Below are positions 41,115-50,920 of a stretch of 64,000 nucleotides of DNA, one piece after another; the first letter of the stretch is position 1; each line of letters opens with the position of its first letter. The notes under the pieces were generated by a model. That model had not been told where the DNA came from and did not search any database. It saw only the letters and a program-made list of their open reading frames with translations. Position numbers and translations under genes: made by a program. The DNA is from Nitrospinales bacterium (GTDB lineage: Bacteria; Nitrospinota; Nitrospinia; Nitrospinales; VA-1). The stretch lies in assembly GCA_965223795.1 (NCBI GenBank), contig CBDCXL010000002.1:2720001-2784000 (forward strand), given 5' to 3'.

Positions 41115-43595
41115 ATGTCTGACAATGAAGTCACATTGACGATCGACGGGAAAACCGTTTCGGTTCCCAAGGGCACCAAGGTCGTGGACGCGGCCAAGCT
41201 GGTGGACATCGAAATTCCCGTGTTCTGTTACCACGAGAAGCTGGGGTCCCTGGGCTGCTGCCGCATGTGCCTGGTGGAAGTGGAAAAGATGCCCAAGCTC
41301 ATGACCGCCTGCACGCTGGACGTGGGGCCGGACATGGTGGTGAAGACCGAAACCGATAGGGTGGAAAAAGCGCAAAAGGGCGTGCTGGAGTTCACGCTGC
41401 TCAACCATCCGCTCGACTGCCCGGTGTGCGACAAGGGCGGCGAGTGCCCGCTGCAGAACAACACGTTCAAGTACGGCCCCGGCGACACGCGCATGGAGTT
41501 CACGCGCTACAACCAACTGAAGGCGGCGCCGCTGAGCCCGGTGATCACGCTCGATAGGGAACGCTGCATCGCCTGCCAGCGCTGCACGCGCTACAGCGAT
41601 GTGATCGAGCAGGAGCGGGCGCTGGTGATGCTCAACCGGGGCTTCAACAACGAGATCGGCACGTTCAACGACGAGGATTACGACACGCGGTTTTCCGGCA
41701 ACGTGATCGACATCTGTCCGGTGGGCGCGCTCACCAACTCGCAGTTCCGCTTCAAGGCCCGCACCTGGGACCTCACCAATTCGAAGACGCTGTGCGCGCA
41801 CTGCGGCATCAACTGCAACATGACGATGGGCGTGCGCACCAACGAGTTCATGCGCATCGAGTCGCGGCCCAACGACCATGTGGACGACGGCTGGATCTGC
41901 GACAAGGCGCGCTGGGGCTACGATTTTCTCAACGCGGGCCACCGCATCCGCGAAGCGCGCACGCAAAGCGGCGGTTCCCATTCACCGATTGCCATTCAGG
42001 ATGCGGTGAAACAGGCGGCGGAGACGCTCAAAAAGATCGCCGAGGAGCACGGTCCCGAGAGCATCGGCTTCATCGGCTCGCCTTACGGGACGAACGAGGA
42101 GCTGTATCTCTATCAGAAACTGTTCCGCGAGCGGCTCGGCACCAACAACCTCGATCACAAGACCTATGTCAACGCGCCGGGCCTGCCGGTGGATCATTTC
42201 GACCTCAGCGATCTGGAAGACTCGAACCTGATCGTGCTGATCGCCAGCGACCCCACCGAGGAGCTGCCGGTCCTGGATCTCAGGATCAAAAAGGTGGCGA
42301 CCCGCATCGCCGTGCCGAGTCAAAAGGTTCCGGTTGCGGTGCTCAACGATCAGGCCACGCGCATGGACCGCTACGCCGAGGTGTCTTTGCGCTACGACGT
42401 CGGATCGGACGGGCGCGTGTTCGCGGCGCTCGCGGACTGTCTGAACGGCGGCAAGGGTGCGGCGGCGAAAGACACCGGCATTGCCGCCGAAGCGATGCAG
42501 GAACTGGCGGACAAGATCCGCGCCGGGGGCAAAATCACCGTGATCTACAACCCGAAGGCTTTGACCGGCGATTCGGTGTTCGCGCTCAAGCGCCTGCTGG
42601 CGGCGATGGATGCCCTGGATGGCGTGCGCTGCGGCGCCATCCCGGCGGCTCCGGAGACCAATGCGGTCGGGGCGATGGACATGGGCGTCATGCCGGATCA
42701 TTATCCGGGCGGGGTTTCCCTTTCCAGGGAGAGCGATGTCAAAGAGCGGTGGGGCGAAAACGCGCCGGTTCAGGCGGGGCTTTCTGCGCAGGCCATGATC
42801 GAAAAGGCGGCGAAGGGCGAGATCAAGGCGCTGCTCGTGCACCGGGCCAACCCGGCGGTGGATTTTCCCGGCGGCGCAAAGGTGAAGGAAGCGCTCGAAA
42901 AACTCGAATATCTCGTGGTGCACGACATGCTGGAGACCGAAACCAGCAGGCTGGCGCATCTCGTCCTGCCGTCCAACGGGCCGGGCTACGACGAGGGCAC
43001 CACGACCAACATCGGCGGCCGCGTGCAGTTTCGCGTGGGCGGGCTCAAGACCCAAAACCCGCCGGACTGGAAAATCATCTCTCTCATGGCGCGGGCCCTG
43101 GGGGATGAAACGAGTTACAGCACCTCGTTCGCGGTGACCGATGAAATCGCCAAGAGAGTTCCGGGATACGGGGAGATCGGCAAGCGCTCGATCAAGCAGA
43201 CCGGCAAGTGCCGCGAAACCGTCATGCTGAGCAGTGAGGCGCTGCCGGAACCCGGCGCGTCGCCCGCGCTGACGGATTCGGGCCGGCTGAAGCTCAGGGT
43301 CGCGTCGGTGTTGTTCGCGCATGACAAGATTTTAGACGCGTCTTCCCGGCTGGCGCACCATTTTCAGCATTCGGTGGTGCACCTGCACACCGACGACGCC
43401 AAAAAGCTGGGGCTCAACGACGACGACGATGTGGTGGTGACCGCGGGCGGCGCGGAAGTACAGGCGCAGGTGGAAATTTCCAACCGCTGCAACCCCGGCG
43501 CGGTGGTGGTGCCGCGGGTGTCGGATGAGCAGGGCGTTTTGGGGCTTGCGGATGGCGCGGAGCCGATTCACTGGGTGGAGATCCGCAAGGCGTGA
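41115..43595 (+). CDS. nuoG: NADH-quinone oxidoreductase subunit G
   Basis: CYH..L...G.CRMC, HPLDCPVCDKGGEC, CIACQRC, plus an N7-type CAHCGINC...C motif. Confidence 0.96.
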   Translation: MSDNEVTLTIDGKTVSVPKGTKVVDAAKLVDIEIPVFCYHEKLGSLGCCRMCLVEVEKMPKLMTACTLDVGPDMVVKTETDRVEKAQKGVLEFTLLNHPLDCPVCDKGGECPLQNNTFKYGPGDTRMEFTRYNQLKAAPLSPVITLDRERCIACQRCTRYSDVIEQERALVMLNRGFNNEIGTFNDEDYDTRFSGNVIDICPVGALTNSQFRFKARTWDLTNSKTLCAHCGINCNMTMGVRTNEFMRIESRPNDHVDDGWICDKARWGYDFLNAGHRIREARTQSGGSHSPIAIQDAVKQAAETLKKIAEEHGPESIGFIGSPYGTNEELYLYQKLFRERLGTNNLDHKTYVNAPGLPVDHFDLSDLEDSNLIVLIASDPTEELPVLDLRIKKVATRIAVPSQKVPVAVLNDQATRMDRYAEVSLRYDVGSDGRVFAALADCLNGGKGAAAKDTGIAAEAMQELADKIRAGGKITVIYNPKALTGDSVFALKRLLAAMDALDGVRCGAIPAAPETNAVGAMDMGVMPDHYPGGVSLSRESDVKERWGENAPVQAGLSAQAMIEKAAKGEIKALLVHRANPAVDFPGGAKVKEALEKLEYLVVHDMLETETSRLAHLVLPSNGPGYDEGTTTNIGGRVQFRVGGLKTQNPPDWKIISLMARALGDETSYSTSFAVTDEIAKRVPGYGEIGKRSIKQTGKCRETVMLSSEALPEPGASPALTDSGRLKLRVASVLFAHDKILDASSRLAHHFQHSVVHLHTDDAKKLGLNDDDDVVVTAGGAEVQAQVEISNRCNPGAVVVPRVSDEQGVLGLADGAEPIHWVEIRKA

Positions 43596-43637
43596 GTATT
43601 TTGAATCTGGCAATGAACCTGATCGGGAGACGGCATT

Positions 43638-44675
43638 TTGACATTCGGTGAATTCTGGGATGCGACGCTGGAATTCATCCAGCCTGTCCTCGAACCGGCA
43701 TTTCTCATAGGCACGATCAAGGCGGCGGTGATCGCCGGCGCGCTGCTGGGCATCGTTCCGGCTCTGGTGTGGCTGGAACGGCGGCTGATGGGGCGGTTTC
43801 AGGTGCGCCTGGGACCCAACCGCGTGGGGCCTTTGGGTCTGGGCCAGCCGTTCGCCGATTCGTTGAAGCTTTTGTTCAAGGAATCGATCATCCAGAAATC
43901 GGCGGACAAGTTTCTCTATCACCTGGCGCCGGCGGTGGTGGTGTTCACGGCGATCGTCACGTTTGCGGTGATTCCCTTCGGCGAGCCGTTGAAAGTCTTT
44001 GGTCAGGAGATCGCGCTGTGGGGCGCCAACATCAATTCGGGACTTCTGTTCGTGTTCGCCATTTCCGGAATGGGCATCTACGGCATGGTGCTGGCGGGCC
44101 TGTCCTCGAACAACAAGTACTCGCTCATGGGCGGGCTGCGCTCCTCGGCACAGATGATCAGCTACGAGCTGACGCTGGGGCTTTCGGCGCTGAGCGTCAT
44201 CGTGATGACCGGGTCGCTCAATCTCATCGACCTGGTGAAAAATCAGGAGTCGGCCTGGTTCATCTTCAAGCAGCCGCTGGCGTTTCTCTTGTTCTTCATA
44301 GCCGGGGTGGCGGAGACCAACCGGGCGCCGTTCGATCTGCCGGAAGCGGAGCAGGAGCTGGTGGCCGGGTTCCATACGGAATACACGGGCATGAAATTCG
44401 CCATGTTTTTCATGGGCGAATACATCAATATGATCACGATGAGCGCCCTGGTGACGCTTCTGTTTCTGGGCGGGTGGGACGCTTACGGCCTGCCGGTCTG
44501 GCCCATCATCGCGTTCGCCGGCAAGGTGTTCTTGCTGTTGTGCGTTTTCATCTGGCTGCGGTCGACGTTTCCCCGCATCCGTTACGATCGGCTGATGACG
44601 TTCGGCTGGAAGGTGCTGCTGCCGCTTTGTCTGGTCAATCTGCTGGTCACGGCCACGGCCGTGGTTCTGCTGTGA
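43638..44675 (+). CDS. nuoH: NADH-quinone oxidoreductase subunit H
   Basis: ERR..G..Q.RLGPNRVGP, AQMISYE and ETNRAPFDLPEAE. Confidence 0.97.
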   Translation: MTFGEFWDATLEFIQPVLEPAFLIGTIKAAVIAGALLGIVPALVWLERRLMGRFQVRLGPNRVGPLGLGQPFADSLKLLFKESIIQKSADKFLYHLAPAVVVFTAIVTFAVIPFGEPLKVFGQEIALWGANINSGLLFVFAISGMGIYGMVLAGLSSNNKYSLMGGLRSSAQMISYELTLGLSALSVIVMTGSLNLIDLVKNQESAWFIFKQPLAFLLFFIAGVAETNRAPFDLPEAEQELVAGFHTEYTGMKFAMFFMGEYINMITMSALVTLLFLGGWDAYGLPVWPIIAFAGKVFLLLCVFIWLRSTFPRIRYDRLMTFGWKVLLPLCLVNLLVTATAVVLL

Positions 44676-44682
44676 GGTTCAT

Positions 44683-45174
44683 ATGCTGAATGCCTTTTCA
44701 GGAATCAAGAATCTGTTGATCGGCATGGGGGTGACCTTCAAGAACATGGTCTCCAAGCCGGTCACGGTGCAGTATCCCGAGGTGAAGCGGACGATGCCGG
44801 AACGCTACCGCGGACGGCATTTCCTCAACCGCGACGAGAACGGCCTGGAGCGCTGCGTCGGCTGCAGCCTGTGCTCGATCAACTGCCCGGTGGGCTGCAT
44901 CCACGTGGTCTCGGCGGAGAACACCGAGGAAAACCGGGTGTCGCCGGGAGAACGCTACGCGGCGGTGTACGAGATCAATCTTTTAAGGTGCATCTACTGC
45001 GGCTATTGCGAGGAAGCCTGCCCGGTGGACGCGGTGGTGCTGCGCGAGCATTACGAATTGGCCGATTACGACCGCGACAAGTACATCGCCACCAAGGAGG
45101 ACCTTCTGGTGTATCCCGAGCCCAACGAGTTTCGGGTGAACATTCTGGGAAACACCGAAAGGGTCAAAAAATAA
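44683..45174 (+). CDS. nuoI: NADH-quinone oxidoreductase subunit I
   Basis: Two CxxCxxCxxxCP motifs; TVQYPE. Confidence 0.97.
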   Translation: MLNAFSGIKNLLIGMGVTFKNMVSKPVTVQYPEVKRTMPERYRGRHFLNRDENGLERCVGCSLCSINCPVGCIHVVSAENTEENRVSPGERYAAVYEINLLRCIYCGYCEEACPVDAVVLREHYELADYDRDKYIATKEDLLVYPEPNEFRVNILGNTERVKK

Positions 45175-45188
45175 CAGGCCGCATTGTT

Positions 45189-45217
45189 CCGGACGCGGGT
45201 TTCGAGTCCGGTTTTTT
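45189..45217 (+). terminator. Terminator-like hairpin inside the nuo operon (between nuoI and nuoJ)
   Basis: CCGGAC-11 nt-GTCCGG followed by T6. Confidence 0.45.
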
Positions 45218-45272
45218 CACGCGCCGGATTCCGCCGTTCTGGAATCCGCCGCGCAGCAGGAGGGAAGGTTTC

Positions 45273-45809
45273 GTGTTTGAAATCACCTATGATATCGCGG
45301 TGATCGTCCTGAGCATCACCGCCGTGCTGGCGTCGTTCGGAGTGATCCTCTGTTCCTCGCCGATTTACTGTGCGCTGTATCTCATCGGCAACATGGTGTG
45401 CCTCGCCCTCTTGTTTCTTCTCTTCAACGCCGAATTCATCGCCGCGGTGCAGATCATCGTGTACGCAGGCGCGGTGATGATTCTGTTTCTGTTCATCATC
45501 GCTCTTTTGGGCGGCAAAAAGGAAATCCAGGAAAACTCCGTCCAGAAGGCGTTCGCGTTCACCTTCATCTCGCTTCTGTTCGGCGAGCTGCTGATGGCCG
45601 CCACGGTGGGGCCGACGCGTCCCGTTAAGGGGGAGATCGACGTTGCCGTGCTGGATCAGGTCGGCAGCGCCAAGGCGGTGGGCCTGGAGCTGTTTTCCAA
45701 GCACATGATCGCCTTCGAGCTCGCTTCGGGTCTTTTGCTGGTGGCGGCGGTGGGGATCATCTGTCTGGCGAAATTTTCCTTCGCACCGCTCAAAAGGCGG
45801 GCACGGTAA
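45273..45809 (+). CDS. nuoJ: NADH-quinone oxidoreductase subunit J
   Basis: AEFIAAVQIIVYAGAVMILFLF and FELAS..LLVA; GTG start after GGAGG. Confidence 0.94.
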   Translation: MFEITYDIAVIVLSITAVLASFGVILCSSPIYCALYLIGNMVCLALLFLLFNAEFIAAVQIIVYAGAVMILFLFIIALLGGKKEIQENSVQKAFAFTFISLLFGELLMAATVGPTRPVKGEIDVAVLDQVGSAKAVGLELFSKHMIAFELASGLLLVAAVGIICLAKFSFAPLKRRAR

Positions 45810-45811
45810 TC

Positions 45812-46111
45812 ATGGAAACCCAACTCGTTCTGATCGTCAGCGCGACCATTTTCTGTATCGGCGCGGTGGGATTCATCATCCGTAAAAATCCGCTCATCAT
45901 GCTGATGTCGGTGGAGCTGATGCTGAACGCGGTGAATTTCCTGTTGATCGGCTATTCCAAGTTTCTGCATTCTCTGGACGGCCAGATCTTCGCCCTGATG
46001 ATCATGACGGTGGCGGCGGCGGAGGTGGTGGTGGGCCTTGCGATCATACTCACGATATTCCGCACCCGCCGGGATCTCAATGTGGACCATATTGACGCGT
46101 TGAAGGGATAA
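45812..46111 (+). CDS. nuoK: NADH-quinone oxidoreductase subunit K
   Basis: MSVELMLNAVN and AAAEVVVGLA. Confidence 0.97.
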   Translation: METQLVLIVSATIFCIGAVGFIIRKNPLIMLMSVELMLNAVNFLLIGYSKFLHSLDGQIFALMIMTVAAAEVVVGLAIILTIFRTRRDLNVDHIDALKG

Positions 46112-46116
46112 GTACT

Positions 46117-47985
46117 TTGTTCGTCTACACCTGGCTGATCCTGATCATTCCCCTGCTCGGCTTCATCGGGCTTTCCTGGTTCGGGGACCGGTTTCCCAAA
46201 AAATATGTGGGCTGGACCGGCTGCGCCACGATCCTGCTTGCGTTCGCGGTCAGCTTCGTCGCCTTCATCGACCTTGCGGTGATGGAACCGGAGCAGCGGA
46301 CGGGGCATGTGGTCCCGCTTTACCAGTGGATCGCATCCGGCGGCTTCAAGCTCGACCTCGCCATTCTGATCGACCCGCTCTCGGTGTTCATGTTCCTCAT
46401 CATCACCGGCGTCGGCTTCGTGATCCACGTCTACTCGGTCGGCTACATGGAGGAAGACCCCGAGTACAGCCGGTATTTTTCCTATCTCAATCTGTTCGTG
46501 TTCTCCATGCTGCTGCTGGTGGCGGCGGCGGATTTCTTTTTCCTGATCGTCGGCTGGGCCTTCGTGGGATTGGCGTCGTACCTGCTGATCGGGTTCTGGA
46601 GGGAAAAGACCAGTGCCGTGCTGGCGGCGCGCAAGGCCTTCGTCATGAACGTGATCGGCGATGTGGGCATGGTGATCGCCGCGTTCATCATTTTTCAGCA
46701 CTTCGGCACCATTCAATACCTGGAGGTGTTCGCCGCGGCTCCGGATAAATTTCTGCCCAACGACGACGGAATTTTACTGATCACGCTGCTGCTGCTGGTA
46801 GGCGCGTTCGCCAAATCGGCGCAGCTGCCGCTGCACACCTGGCTGCCGGACGCGATGGAAGGCCCGACCCCGGTCAGTGCGCTGATCCACGCGGCGACGA
46901 TGGTCACGGCCGGCGTGTACCTGGTGGCCCGCTGCCACGTGTTGTATGAACTCGCGCCGTTCACGATGTACTTCATCGCCACCGTCGGCGCGCTGACGGC
47001 GCTGTTCGCGGGCACCATCGGCATGGTGCAGTACGACATCAAGCGGGTGATCGCCTATTCGACGATGAGCCAGCTGGGCTACATGTTTCTCGCGGTGGGG
47101 ATCGGCGTGTTCAGCATGGGCATGTTTCATCTGATGACGCACGCGTTTTTCAAGGCGTTGCTGTTTCTGAGCGCGGGCAGCGTGATCCACGCCCTGAACG
47201 GCGAGCAGGACATCCGCAAGATGGGCGGTCTGCGCGCCTCGATGCCGCTCACGCACCTGACTTTTCTCATCGGCGCGCTGACGCTGGCGGGATTTCCGCT
47301 GACCAGCGGATTTTTCAGCAAGGAAGCCATCATCATGAGTTCCTGGCACGCGGACATGGGCAACTTCGCGTTCTGGGGAATCGCGGTGCTGACGGCGGGG
47401 ATGACGGCGTTTTACATCTTCCGTGTGTATTTCTACACGTTTCTCGGAAAATCCCGCAGCCCGGAGGCGCATCCGCATGAAGCGCCGCCGGTGATGGCGG
47501 GGCCGCTTCTGCTTCTGGCTTTCTTTTCGCTGGTGATGGGGTTCGCGGCGCACTGGGTGGACGGATTTTTAGCGCCTGTATTCGGCGGCGTGCCGGTGCA
47601 CTACGAGGATGCGGTGCTGGAGACGTTCGCGGTGGGCGCCGGGATTCTCGGCATCCTGGCGGCGGCGGTCATCTACATGACCGGGCAGGACCGCCTGGAG
47701 TTCGCCAAGGAGGCGTTCGCTCCCATTTACGATCTGATGTACAACAAGTTTTATGTGGATGAGCTGTACGATTTTCTCATCGTCAAGCCGGTGCGCGGCA
47801 TCGGCGGTTTCCTGGCCGACAAGGCGGAAAGGGACGGCATCGACTACGCCGTGGACGAGGTGGGCGCGCAGGTGAAAGGCGTGAGCCAGGGCATCAGCGT
47901 CTGGCAGTCCGGAAAAGTGCGCACCTACGCGCTCAACATGATCGTCGGCGTGGTGACGATCCTCTTGTTTGTGGTGTTCCTGTAA
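46117..47985 (+). CDS. nuoL: NADH-quinone oxidoreductase subunit L
   Basis: KSAQLPLHTWLPDAMEGPTPVSALIHAATMV, AYSTMSQLGYM and HAFFKALLFL. Confidence 0.97.
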   Translation: MFVYTWLILIIPLLGFIGLSWFGDRFPKKYVGWTGCATILLAFAVSFVAFIDLAVMEPEQRTGHVVPLYQWIASGGFKLDLAILIDPLSVFMFLIITGVGFVIHVYSVGYMEEDPEYSRYFSYLNLFVFSMLLLVAAADFFFLIVGWAFVGLASYLLIGFWREKTSAVLAARKAFVMNVIGDVGMVIAAFIIFQHFGTIQYLEVFAAAPDKFLPNDDGILLITLLLLVGAFAKSAQLPLHTWLPDAMEGPTPVSALIHAATMVTAGVYLVARCHVLYELAPFTMYFIATVGALTALFAGTIGMVQYDIKRVIAYSTMSQLGYMFLAVGIGVFSMGMFHLMTHAFFKALLFLSAGSVIHALNGEQDIRKMGGLRASMPLTHLTFLIGALTLAGFPLTSGFFSKEAIIMSSWHADMGNFAFWGIAVLTAGMTAFYIFRVYFYTFLGKSRSPEAHPHEAPPVMAGPLLLLAFFSLVMGFAAHWVDGFLAPVFGGVPVHYEDAVLETFAVGAGILGILAAAVIYMTGQDRLEFAKEAFAPIYDLMYNKFYVDELYDFLIVKPVRGIGGFLADKAERDGIDYAVDEVGAQVKGVSQGISVWQSGKVRTYALNMIVGVVTILLFVVFL

Positions 47986-48000
47986 TACGTTGACCGAACT

Positions 48001-49518
48001 ATGCTGACACTGACTGTATTCATACCTCTGATCGCGGCGTTCCTCCTTCAGTTCATTCCGAAGGACAACAAGACCGCTATTCAGATGACGGCGACGGCGG
48101 GCGCGGGGGCCGGTTTCGCTCTTTCACTGGCACTGCTCTCCCTATTCGACCGGGCGCAGCCGGGCATGCAGTTCGTGGAATCGTTTTTGTGGGTGCCCAT
48201 GCTGGGAATCCGCTACGAAGTGGGCGTGGACGGGGTCAGCCTGCTGCTGCTGGTGCTGACGGCGTTCTTGGCGGTCGTCGCGGTGGTGTTGTCGCAGGGC
48301 GAAAAGAAGAACCTGCGCAATTTCCTTTCGCTGCTGCTGGCGCTGGAAACGGGCACGCTGGGCGTGTTCGTGGCGCTGGACACGATCCTGTTTTACGTGT
48401 TCTGGGAGCTGATGCTGGTGCCGACGTATTTTCTCATCGGCATCTGGGGCGAGGGGAAGCGCATCTACGCGACGACGAAATTCGTGATTTTCACGCTGGT
48501 GGGCAGCCTGTTGATGCTGGTGGCGATCATCGCCATCACCGTCGTGCATTACGAGGCGACGCACGAGCTGACCTTCGACATCCAGAAGCTGGTGCACACG
48601 CATTTCGATCCGGCCTCGCAGGTGTGGATGTTCGGTTTCTTTTTCCTGGCCTTCGCCATCAAGGTGCCGGTGTTTCCGCTGCACAGCTGGCTGCCGCACA
48701 CCTATGTGTCCTGTCCCATTCCGGCGCTGGTGCTGCTGACCGGCGCTATGTCCAAGACCGGCGCGTACGGTTTCATCCGCTTCTGCCTGCCGTTGTTTCC
48801 CGAAGCGGTGGCGGACATGGGGACTCTGATCGGCGCGATGGCGGCGGGCGGCATCGTGTACGGCGCCTGGATCGCCGTTTCGCAGAAGGACCTCAAGGCG
48901 CTGGTGGCGTATTCCAGCATCAGCCACCTGGGATTCATCGTGCTCGGCATCTTCGCGCTCAACAGTCAGGGCGTGGGCGGCAGCGTGCTGCAGATGGTCA
49001 ACCACGGCATCATTGCCTCGGCGCTGTTCATCATCGTCGGGATCATCGAGTCGCGCCTGGGGACGCGCAACATCAGCGAGTTTAGCGGGCTGGGACAGTC
49101 GATGCCGGTGCTGTACGGCATCTTCATGCTGGTGACTCTGGCGGCGCTGGGATTGCCGGGGCTCAACGGCTTCGTGGGCGAGTTCATCATCCTCATGGGG
49201 GTGTGGACCTCGGACCTGCTCGCGGACTGGTCCGGCACCTATGTGCTGATGGCGGCGCTGGCGATCGTGTTCGCGTCGATCTACATGATGTACATGTTCC
49301 AGGGCGCCATGCAGGAAAAGAAAACCAAAATTCCCGACGGCGTGAAGGATGTCGACAGGCGCGAGGTGGGACTGCTGCTTCCGGCCTGCATCCTCATCGT
49401 TCTCATCGGGCTCTATCCCAAGCCGCTGATGGAACGGGTGACGCCCTCGGTCGATTCCCTTCTGGCGATCGAAAAGACCGTCAACCTGGACGCCGGGAAA
49501 GACGCGGGCCATCACTGA
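48001..49518 (+). CDS. nuoM: NADH-quinone oxidoreductase subunit M
   Basis: FYVFWE, KVP.FPLHSWLP, AYSSISH and GLPGLNGFVGE. Confidence 0.96.
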   Translation: MLTLTVFIPLIAAFLLQFIPKDNKTAIQMTATAGAGAGFALSLALLSLFDRAQPGMQFVESFLWVPMLGIRYEVGVDGVSLLLLVLTAFLAVVAVVLSQGEKKNLRNFLSLLLALETGTLGVFVALDTILFYVFWELMLVPTYFLIGIWGEGKRIYATTKFVIFTLVGSLLMLVAIIAITVVHYEATHELTFDIQKLVHTHFDPASQVWMFGFFFLAFAIKVPVFPLHSWLPHTYVSCPIPALVLLTGAMSKTGAYGFIRFCLPLFPEAVADMGTLIGAMAAGGIVYGAWIAVSQKDLKALVAYSSISHLGFIVLGIFALNSQGVGGSVLQMVNHGIIASALFIIVGIIESRLGTRNISEFSGLGQSMPVLYGIFMLVTLAALGLPGLNGFVGEFIILMGVWTSDLLADWSGTYVLMAALAIVFASIYMMYMFQGAMQEKKTKIPDGVKDVDRREVGLLLPACILIVLIGLYPKPLMERVTPSVDSLLAIEKTVNLDAGKDAGHH

Positions 49519-49587
49519 GCCGCGTTTTCACACGCACCGCGAAGACCGTCGTTTTCTTCTCCATTCCTTTCTTTATATCCTGAAAGC

Positions 49588-50301
49588 ATGAAACTGGGAG
49601 ACACGCTCGTCGACGGGATCTTTTTGCGCCGTCCCAATCGCTACCTGGCGCACGTGACCGTCGACGGGGTGGAGACCACAGCGCACGTGCCCGACCCGGG
49701 CCGGCTGCCGGGGCTGATGATTGCAGGCCGCAGTGTGCGGCTCATTCACAATCCCGGTCCCACGCGCAAAACCGATTACACCCTGGCGCTGGTGCGGCAC
49801 GGCTCGATCTGGGTGTCGGTGTACCCGGTGTTCGCCAACAAGGTGGTGGAAGAAGCGCTCGCGGCCGGAAAGATCGACGTGTTCGGCAGCGTTCAAAGCC
49901 ATGCGAGCGAGGTGAAGGTGGGGAAAAGCCGCTTTGATTTTGAATTGACGACCGCGGGCGGTCGCATCCTGGTGGAAGTGAAATCGGTCAGCTTTGTCGA
50001 GGATACCGTCGGGAAGTTTCCGGACGCGCCCACCGAACGCGGTGTGAAGCATCTGAAGGAACTCATCCAGCTCAAGCAGGAAGGCGTGCGCACGGCGGTA
50101 CTGCTGGTTTCGCCGCGATCGGACACGCGCTCCATCGCGCCCAACGACGCGATCGATCCCAAGTTCGGCACGTGGTTGCGCAACGCGCACGCCGCAGGCG
50201 TGGAACTGTACGGCTACAACTGCCGGGTCACACCCTCCTCGGTTTCGCTCGACCGGCGGGTGGAGATCGTGTTCCCAGATCAGCGGGACTCTGTGGGCTG
50301 A
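49588..50301 (+). CDS. sfsA: DNA/RNA nuclease SfsA
   Basis: RPNRY, HVPDPGRL, EVK.G.SR.DF, VEVKSV and FPDAPTERG.KHL.EL. Confidence 0.94.
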   Translation: MKLGDTLVDGIFLRRPNRYLAHVTVDGVETTAHVPDPGRLPGLMIAGRSVRLIHNPGPTRKTDYTLALVRHGSIWVSVYPVFANKVVEEALAAGKIDVFGSVQSHASEVKVGKSRFDFELTTAGGRILVEVKSVSFVEDTVGKFPDAPTERGVKHLKELIQLKQEGVRTAVLLVSPRSDTRSIAPNDAIDPKFGTWLRNAHAAGVELYGYNCRVTPSSVSLDRRVEIVFPDQRDSVG

Positions 50302-50762
50302 AAGAAAAAATCGATGTCCGGGTCCACGCGCCAGCCGTCCTCTTCCTTGTGCACCCATTTCTGGGTCACCATCTGGGTCCTGAGCTGCGTGCTCGGCCTC
50401 ACCGTGTACTGGTAGCGGATGAGCACGTCCGCCCGGTTGAACTCCTTATCGGGGCCGTCGCTGGTGATGCGGACGGGCGTGTCGTTGTCGAACAGGCGGA
50501 CGTTGAGGATGGAGGTTTTATAAAAGGTGACGTCGTTTTCCACCCGCAGCGATTTTTTCAGAAACTCTTCCTGCTTGTCCAGAATGACAAAGGGGGAGCT
50601 GATGTCCATCATTTTCCCTTCGAACCTGAGGTTGAACGCGCGGATGCTCTTTTCCAGATCCTCATGCGACTGGCTCTGGGCGTAGGACGCGCAGGCGGCG
50701 AGGGCGAAGAGCGAAAGGGCGGCCAGCAAACGGGGCAATGCTGAGAAGGGCGATCGTTTCAT
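50280..50762 (-). CDS. Hypothetical lipoprotein
   Basis: Lipobox LAAC; GAGG RBS before ATG at 50762; convergent 22-bp overlap with sfsA. Confidence 0.72.
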   Translation of the reverse strand: MKRSPFSALPRLLAALSLFALAACASYAQSQSHEDLEKSIRAFNLRFEGKMMDISSPFVILDKQEEFLKKSLRVENDVTFYKTSILNVRLFDNDTPVRITSDGPDKEFNRADVLIRYQYTVRPSTQLRTQMVTQKWVHKEEDGWRVDPDIDFFFQPTESR

Positions 50763-50920
50763 GGAAAAACCTCGTGTGGTATGATTGAAGCCGGTTGAAC
50801 AGGAAGGACAGAAAACCGAAGATGTGACGCTTTCAATTATAAGGCATTTTCCCTTTTCCCACCAGTCCCATCCATTTGAATCTGAGTAGCGCCGACCGGC
50901 CCCTTGTGCAGGACACTCTC

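Noticed and set aside
45195..45211. GCGGGTTTCGAGTCCGG resembles a tRNA T-arm or att site
   Set aside because: There is an extra T in the loop, no acceptor, D or anticodon arms, and no integrase nearby; an ordinary hairpin explains it better.
46117..49518. A 2M-type complex I with an extra antiporter subunit
   Set aside because: Only one nuoM is present and NuoL is of ordinary length (622 aa).
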